Positions 58,136 to 64,000 of a stretch of DNA of 64,000 nucleotides are shown here, one piece after another. The translations under genes and the position numbers were made by a program. The DNA is from Candidatus Woesebacteria bacterium RIFCSPLOWO2_01_FULL_39_61. Its GTDB lineage: Bacteria; Patescibacteriota; Microgenomatia; UBA8517. Where the stretch lies: NCBI GenBank assembly GCA_001793155.1, contig MGHI01000026.1, positions 271 to 64,270 on the forward strand, given 5' to 3'. Below the pieces are notes generated by a model, which was not told the DNA's origin, made no database searches, and saw nothing but the letters and a program-made list of their open reading frames with translations. Every line of letters begins with the position of its first letter. The first letter of the stretch is position 1.

Positions 58136-59323
58136 TTAAAAAAATATAAAGCGGGGAAAAATATACTGACTAAATGTCTTCGTAGAATATGCCCCATGCT
58201 CGTCGGTTACGGTTGCAACCGGATAATAAATTCCTGCTCGTTGAGGCAAGCCGTTTATTTCACAATCAAGCCCAGAGTCGTCTTTTCTATCCAGAGAGAA
58301 TTTACATTCACCCTGACTTAAGCCAGGAGCCAAATTGGTTATCTGCATACGAATTTGATCGCCGTCTGTATCAATCGCTCGGATCACCCCTTTGTATTGT
58401 CTCCCAACATAACCTGTCTTTAACCGCTTGGTGCTAAAGCTTGGAGCTGCGTTAAATCCTGGTGTAGGCAGAGGTGTAGGTGTCGAAATAGGAACTCCTG
58501 ATGGTGTAGGAGCTCCGGTGGGAGTTGGCGTAGGTCCCCATGACGGGGTTGGTCGCGGACTAACTGTTGGCGTCGGAAAAACAGATGTTCCGGGAGTGGG
58601 CGTCGAAATAGGTGTCACACTTGGAATTATTCCATTCCTGAATGGTAGCAGTACCCACCCTTCAAAACTTACTTCCGCCGGAGAAGTTACCGACCCAGTT
58701 ATGAAACCATAATTTCCAAAATATGCTTGCCCCAAAGGCGTTCTAGGTACGGGATTATAAAAGTAAATCCAGTCGCCGGGATTAAGACCATTATAAATCC
58801 GCATTTCGCTGGTCCACCAACTCGTATTATCTGCGTGGAAGTACATGAAAAGACGCATTTCTACGCCATTTTCCTGCCATATTGCTTCAAGAGTGGTATA
58901 GGTCGGATTACCCGGATCGGAACGCACATTAACTGTCCCCTCATCTGCATGAAAATATAAATCGTTTACTCTAATCGTAAAACTGTCTGCTTTCATATAA
59001 ACAGTATCTGTAACCCAAGTAATTGGATATTTAATTGATACCGGCGTGGGAGTTGCTGTTGTCGGAGGAGTAATTGGAGTTGCGTACGGTAAACGAGGAG
59101 CTTTAGGTGCCAGAGTCATAACTAATCCAACTGGTAGAGAAATTAATAGCAACAAAAGAGTAATTACGGAAACTTTTTGAGAGTTGTTAAGATGTTTGAA
59201 TACTTTGAATCTCGAATTTAGATTCGTTCCTAACTTTGGAAAGATAGAAGTTTCCCCGATAAATTGGGAAGATTCTTCGTGGGGTAATTTATTACCGTCC
59301 ATCATTTCCACTTTATTCCTCAA
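58136..59323 (-). CDS. Membrane-anchored Pro/Thr-rich protein with C-terminal Ig-like domain
   Basis: TM, PT repeats, AP.F....L..G.VG..Y, D.DGD, GLP..AG.Y, VTD.HGA. Confidence 0.75.
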   Translation of the reverse strand: MRNKVEMMDGNKLPHEESSQFIGETSIFPKLGTNLNSRFKVFKHLNNSQKVSVITLLLLLISLPVGLVMTLAPKAPRLPYATPITPPTTATPTPVSIKYPITWVTDTVYMKADSFTIRVNDLYFHADEGTVNVRSDPGNPTYTTLEAIWQENGVEMRLFMYFHADNTSWWTSEMRIYNGLNPGDWIYFYNPVPRTPLGQAYFGNYGFITGSVTSPAEVSFEGWVLLPFRNGIIPSVTPISTPTPGTSVFPTPTVSPRPTPSWGPTPTPTGAPTPSGVPISTPTPLPTPGFNAAPSFSTKRLKTGYVGRQYKGVIRAIDTDGDQIRMQITNLAPGLSQGECKFSLDRKDDSGLDCEINGLPQRAGIYYPVATVTDEHGAYSTKTFSQYIFPRFIFF

Positions 59324-59374
59324 TTTATATATATGTCAATACTCCGTTAAAGGAGTTGTAAACTTTAATTAATT

Positions 59375-60601
59375 ATGAAGACTAATTCCGAAAAAGATAT
59401 TTTAAAATACCTTTTTCTTATTGGAATTTTTATTGGTCCTTTATTCTTCTGGCCTTGGAGTGCAATTAGTTTCGAAATACCAAAGGTTTTTTTCATGAAC
59501 CGCTGGATAGAGATATTCGCCTTTGCGAGTGTAACCTATCTGATTTTTATAAGAATCCAAAAGGAAAAGGTTGATAGCATGCTTATAAGTCTTGTCCTAA
59601 TTTTTTTCCTACAAGTCATAACTTCTTCACTTCTGGGAGTAGACTTTAACAAAAGTTTATCAGGTAATTATTACCGTGCTGATGGACTGATAACTTTAGC
59701 ACATTTGGTTATACTTTTTTTATCGGTAGTGCTTTTCTATAGGGAAAATTGGTTAGTATCAACCTTCAAAATACTGGCTTATTCCTCTATACTTCTTAGT
59801 CTTTGGACAATCATAAATGCCGTCTTTGCTTTTATTATCCATAAACCGCTAATGCCAGCTTGGGATAAGGCGGTAGGAATTAATTTCGGTAATCCGAATT
59901 TTTTAGCAGGATATCTGATTGTTTCGTTGCCATTTACTTTATATTTTTATAATAAAGAGCCAAAAATTAAACATAAGCAGTTAATCCTTATTTCTTTAGC
60001 CGTCCAGTTCACTGCAATTTTACTTACAAGAAGCTGGGCGGGAATTTTCGGAATACTTATATTTTTGCTGATGAATGTTGTAATGAAAACTTCAAAAAAT
60101 TTATTATTAACTCTCACCATCATTCTTGCCTTTATGGGTTGTCTCGGGCTATTTATCTTAAACCACAAAAGCATACAAACTCCTGGAATAACAATTGCCG
60201 AAGGTCGGGAAAGGATAATAAAAAAAGCTATTCTTGCCTTTCAAAAGCGACTGCTATTTGGGTGGGGGTGGGCAAACTTTGACTACGCATTTGAATCTGT
60301 GGATTGGCCGGTAAAATATGAAGATGACATTTATGTGGATAAAGCCCACTCACACTTCTTGGAAATATTAATTACGACAGGAATACCCGGACTGGTCTTA
60401 TATATTTTAATCGTTCTCAAAACTGGTTTTAATTTAATTATAAAAAGTGACGGAATTCTTAAATATCTTTTTATTTCATTAGTGCTGTTTGTATTACATT
60501 CTCAAACAAACATTATATCGATTTCTGAAGAAATACTGTTTTGGTTAATCGTAGGAGTATCTGCGAAGGATATAAGTAAAACTTCTAATGCTGTCCTTTA
60601 A
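59375..60601 (+). CDS. O-antigen ligase / O-oligosaccharyltransferase family protein
   Basis: FGNPNFLAGY, LTRSWAG, FGWG..NF, DKAHSHFLE. Confidence 0.88.
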   Translation: MKTNSEKDILKYLFLIGIFIGPLFFWPWSAISFEIPKVFFMNRWIEIFAFASVTYLIFIRIQKEKVDSMLISLVLIFFLQVITSSLLGVDFNKSLSGNYYRADGLITLAHLVILFLSVVLFYRENWLVSTFKILAYSSILLSLWTIINAVFAFIIHKPLMPAWDKAVGINFGNPNFLAGYLIVSLPFTLYFYNKEPKIKHKQLILISLAVQFTAILLTRSWAGIFGILIFLLMNVVMKTSKNLLLTLTIILAFMGCLGLFILNHKSIQTPGITIAEGRERIIKKAILAFQKRLLFGWGWANFDYAFESVDWPVKYEDDIYVDKAHSHFLEILITTGIPGLVLYILIVLKTGFNLIIKSDGILKYLFISLVLFVLHSQTNIISISEEILFWLIVGVSAKDISKTSNAVL

Positions 60602-61562
60602 CATATTCTTGTAAAACAATTGAAGCTGTCAGATAAACCGGAACTGCAATAATAATGCCAACCACTCCCGCTAATTTAAGTCCAATTGCTAACGCCAAAA
60701 GTGTAATTATCGGACTAACTCCTGTTGATTTCTGTAAAATCTTGGGGACAAGAACGTAATTTTCCAATTGTTGAACCAAAAAAGCCAAAGCGATTGTCGC
60801 CAGGCCCAAAATCGGGGAAGTGCCGAATCCAATAATAACGGCAGGTGTCGCAGCTATTATCGGTCCTATAATAGGTACGACCTCCAAAAGTCCTGATAGG
60901 ATGGATAGAGGTAGGGCAAATGGTATACCTAAAAGTCTTAAACCAATATAATTAGCAAGACCAATAATGAACATCAGTGTTAATTGTCCGCTCGCCCAAC
61001 CACCCAGTTTGATTTCTAATAAACCGATTATTCTTTCAAAATCTTTTCCTTTAGAATCTCCCAATAAAGCTCCGAGTAGCCGGTCAAGTCTATTTCTTTC
61101 AACTAAAAGATAAAAAGCAAATACCAAAACGGTAACAACAGACAAAACGTTAGAAAAAAGCGACACCGTAATTCTTGCTGCTTGTGCGGGAAGAGTACCA
61201 AGTAAATTTACTATTTGACCGATTATTTGCTGACTTACTACTGCTGACAATCCCAATTTATTCATAAATCCGGGAAGATCAGATATGAAAAGAGCTGTTT
61301 GCTCAACTAAAGGAGGTATTATTGTAGCTATTGCGAAGCTTATGCTTGCCAAGAGTATGGAATAAATCAAGAGAATGGAAAGACTCCTTGGAATTTTATA
61401 TTTCGATAGTCTGGTTACGAATGGATTCAGAATCGCCATTATCACAAGAGCCACAAAAAACTGGAGGATTATTTCCCTTATTATAAAAAGACTCCAGAGA
61501 AACAGAATGAACAATACCGCAAAAATAATAGTTTTATGTGAGACTTCTACCTTCTTAGTCAT
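60585..61562 (-). CDS. AI-2E family transporter
   Basis: LNP.V, VPIIGP, QQLEN..L.PKI, G..G.IIAVP. Confidence 0.9.
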   Translation of the reverse strand: MTKKVEVSHKTIIFAVLFILFLWSLFIIREIILQFFVALVIMAILNPFVTRLSKYKIPRSLSILLIYSILLASISFAIATIIPPLVEQTALFISDLPGFMNKLGLSAVVSQQIIGQIVNLLGTLPAQAARITVSLFSNVLSVVTVLVFAFYLLVERNRLDRLLGALLGDSKGKDFERIIGLLEIKLGGWASGQLTLMFIIGLANYIGLRLLGIPFALPLSILSGLLEVVPIIGPIIAATPAVIIGFGTSPILGLATIALAFLVQQLENYVLVPKILQKSTGVSPIITLLALAIGLKLAGVVGIIIAVPVYLTASIVLQEYVKGQH

Positions 61563-61631
61563 ATATGAGAACTAAAGTACTAAAAGTATAAAGAGATAAG
61601 TTTTTTAGTTTTTTTATTACTACCTACTTGC

Positions 61632-62654
61632 CTACTTGCTAATGTACCATTCTTTTACCATTTTTTCTACGTCATTAGGATATACCGGCTTTGTGATATC
61701 AAACCAATGGATATTTAAATTTGTCTTAAACCAAATCATTTGTCTTTTGACGTAGTTTTTTTCGTCATTTTCCCAATTTTTGATAACTTCATCTTTGGTT
61801 TTACTTCCGGCAAAATATCCTTTCCATTCTTTATATGCCAAGCTCTGCATTGATTGATCTTCCCAATATACCCCCGATTTTAACAGTCTTTTAATTTCAT
61901 CCTCTATTCCTTTTTTCAACCTTTCTTGAATCCTTTCTTGAATCCTTTTTTCCAACATCTCTTTCGGAGCGTATAGGCCTATAAAAACAGAGTCAAGATT
62001 CTTTTTCTGATAAGTTTTTTTACGTTTAATTCTTTTCAATTTCCACTGGGCAATTTCAATCGCACGGACTAGTCTCCTCGGATTTTTACTATCTGAAGTA
62101 TTAAGGGAGCCTGCTTTAACCGGGTCGAGTTGCGCTAAAATTTCAAAAAGTTCGGGTGCCGATTTTTTCCCCAAGCTTCTGCGAAGTGATTTATTTTGAG
62201 GTATAGAAATCGTTTCGATACCGCTTACCAAACTTTTTATATAAAGGCCAGTACCACCAACCAAGATAGGAAGTTTACGTCTTTCCCAAATATTTTTTAG
62301 GATTTCATCAGCAATTTCTGTATACTTCGAAACACTGTATGCTTCTTTCGGATTAACCAGATCATATCCCCAAATTTTAACTCTATCTATTTCGTAGTAA
62401 CCTATGGTTTTATTTTTAAATTTTAAATTTGAAATTTTATATTTCGCTCCTTTAGGTAATCCCTTACCAGTGCCTATATCCATATTCTTATAAACCTGTC
62501 GTGAGTCGCCGGATACAATTTCTACCCCAGAGTAAATTTTTGAATCGGAAACAAGTACTTCAGCCAAATGAAGTGCCAGTTCTGTCTTTCCGGTTGCTGT
62601 CGGACCGCAAACTATCAGAAGCTTTGGTCGAAGATTTAAGGTTGGTGCATCCAT
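61632..62654 (-). CDS. miaA: tRNA dimethylallyltransferase
   Basis: GPTATGKT, DSRQVYKNMDIGT, VGGTGLY, RRLVRAIE, KRQ.IWF. Confidence 0.95.
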   Translation of the reverse strand: MDAPTLNLRPKLLIVCGPTATGKTELALHLAEVLVSDSKIYSGVEIVSGDSRQVYKNMDIGTGKGLPKGAKYKISNLKFKNKTIGYYEIDRVKIWGYDLVNPKEAYSVSKYTEIADEILKNIWERRKLPILVGGTGLYIKSLVSGIETISIPQNKSLRRSLGKKSAPELFEILAQLDPVKAGSLNTSDSKNPRRLVRAIEIAQWKLKRIKRKKTYQKKNLDSVFIGLYAPKEMLEKRIQERIQERLKKGIEDEIKRLLKSGVYWEDQSMQSLAYKEWKGYFAGSKTKDEVIKNWENDEKNYVKRQMIWFKTNLNIHWFDITKPVYPNDVEKMVKEWYISK

Positions 62655-62669
62655 TTTTAGCCTACTTAA

Positions 62670-63584
62670 TTAGCTTGATGCGCTAGTATAGCTTTTCAGC
62701 GCTCTATTCCATAATTTAATTGATAAAATTACCATTAATATTCCTAGCGAAAATGAAAAGAGTATTCCCCAAGAAGAGATAAGCCCTAACATTGCCTTGA
62801 CCGGAAAAGTCATCATGATTCCTACGGGAATAAGATAAGTTAGAATTCCCTGGATCGGTTGCCTATAAATATCCACAGGAAATCGGCCTAAATTAGTCAA
62901 ATCCCGATAGATCCAAATAACATGGTCTATTTCTAAAGTAATTATTCCAAAAGCAAGAACGAGAATGTGGAAGGCCGCTGCAATCATCAAAGAATTGATA
63001 ATAAAAATAAGGTAGGAAAAAATCTGAAAAAAGTTAGGATTCAGCCCTCCCCCAACAATCGCTAACACAATAAGTAAGGGCGGTATCGTTATAAAATCAA
63101 TTACGTCTGCTCCACCCATTAAAACCCTAAACAAAGCATTCATGGGCTTTGTCATTACCAAATCAAAATCTCCTGAGACTAAAAGTGGTCTGAAACGATA
63201 TACCTCCCTAAATAAAAATTGCGAAACAATGTCCACCAAGTTGAATGTCAAAAAGAAAAAGATGACTTGATTGGAATTATAACCAGCCAAATTTTCGGTT
63301 CCTTTAACAAGAAAAACTAAAAACAAAATAAAGAAACCAAAACGCAACACTTTGCCCAGCAAGAATAAAAAGAATAATTTCTTCTGCTCTAACATGACTA
63401 TGAAAGAATTTTTGCTCATCAAAAGCCAAATTTTAAAATAGTAATAACATCTGCTAACCAACTCTTTTATGTTTTCAAATTTAAACGAAAATTTACTCAC
63501 GGCTCGGAAAGTCCCAATGACTAAGGAGAAACCAAAATATTTAATTCTTAGTTTTAAATTTTGAACTTCTTTTCTATCTTCCAT
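62670..63584 (-). CDS. ABC-2 family permease (DUF990-type)
   Basis: V.SGDFDL..TKP, RFP.DIY, terminal YTSASS; start uncertain. Confidence 0.85.
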   Translation of the reverse strand: MEDRKEVQNLKLRIKYFGFSLVIGTFRAVSKFSFKFENIKELVSRCYYYFKIWLLMSKNSFIVMLEQKKLFFLFLLGKVLRFGFFILFLVFLVKGTENLAGYNSNQVIFFFLTFNLVDIVSQFLFREVYRFRPLLVSGDFDLVMTKPMNALFRVLMGGADVIDFITIPPLLIVLAIVGGGLNPNFFQIFSYLIFIINSLMIAAAFHILVLAFGIITLEIDHVIWIYRDLTNLGRFPVDIYRQPIQGILTYLIPVGIMMTFPVKAMLGLISSWGILFSFSLGILMVILSIKLWNRALKSYTSASS

Positions 63585-64000
63585 AAGCCTGATACGACTT
63601 TAAGCCTTTAAACCAAACGCTCCGCATTAATAACCACAAAACACCCAACCACAAAAATGATACTCCGATTCCTCTTAACATTATCAGTGTGCCAACCTTA
63701 CCCAAATATATTTGCAGAGGAAAAAATAAAAGATAAGGAAACGGAGTAAAATTTATTATCGACTGAACGCTTACCGGCAAAATATCCAAGGGGAATAGCG
63801 CCCCCGATAAAAATTCGACGACTACGAGCATCAAAAAACTTATTCCCCAAGCTGATTCCGGAACCCAAAAGGGTACCAGTCCGATGGTAAATAAAAGTAA
63901 AAAATAAATTAATATAGCCAATACTATTGAGGTTGCGAAAGAAAGTAAAAGTAAAATATTCCCTTGAAGGAAAAAATCCGGGCGAAGAATAAAGTAAAGT
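63574..64000 (-). CDS. ABC-2 family permease, partial
   Basis: FW, LSGALFPLDILP, TPFPY, GLKSYQAYGR; frame open to the window edge. Confidence 0.85.
   Translation of the reverse strand, partial: LYFILRPDFFLQGNILLLLSFATSIVLAILIYFLLLFTIGLVPFWVPESAWGISFLMLVVVEFLSGALFPLDILPVSVQSIINFTPFPYLLFFPLQIYLGKVGTLIMLRGIGVSFLWLGVLWLLMRSVWFKGLKSYQAYGR

Noticed and set aside
60585-61562. AI-2E transporter as part of the signalling locus
   Set aside because: Over 20 kb away, widespread family, no linking evidence

Overview
This is an AT-rich, gene-dense bacterial chromosomal window. Gene content, many leaderless-looking promoters, GGGGGTGA-type ribosome-binding sites and the palindromic repeat families suggest a Patescibacteria/CPR (Microgenomates-like) genome, but that is inference. 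From left to right it contains: an Fe-S-less endonuclease III and dtd; a CsoR-controlled copper cluster (CopA, CopZ, cupredoxins, uncharacterised Cys-motif proteins); secreted hydrolases and an OmpR-family two-component system with a recognisable four-site regulon; a surface protein with 13 four-Cys repeats; comM and glgP; a candidate small-molecule signalling locus; boxA-led secreted-protein genes including a modular M23 peptidase; a type IV pilus locus; an enlarged RNase P RNA; miaA and ABC-2 permeases. The signalling locus at ~32.8-40.3 kb is the best candidate for an undescribed system. It combines a 7TM histidine kinase, a receiver, a nitroreductase, a ThiF adenylyltransferase, an N-acyl-amino-acid-synthase-like GNAT and an MmyB-type regulator, which reads as a split OxzAB-like oxazolone pathway with a Phe-rich leader peptide and terminator. 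Two families of non-autonomous IS200/IS605-like palindromic elements and several REP-like in-frame insertions are scattered throughout. All product calls come from motif recognition by eye; no database searches were run.
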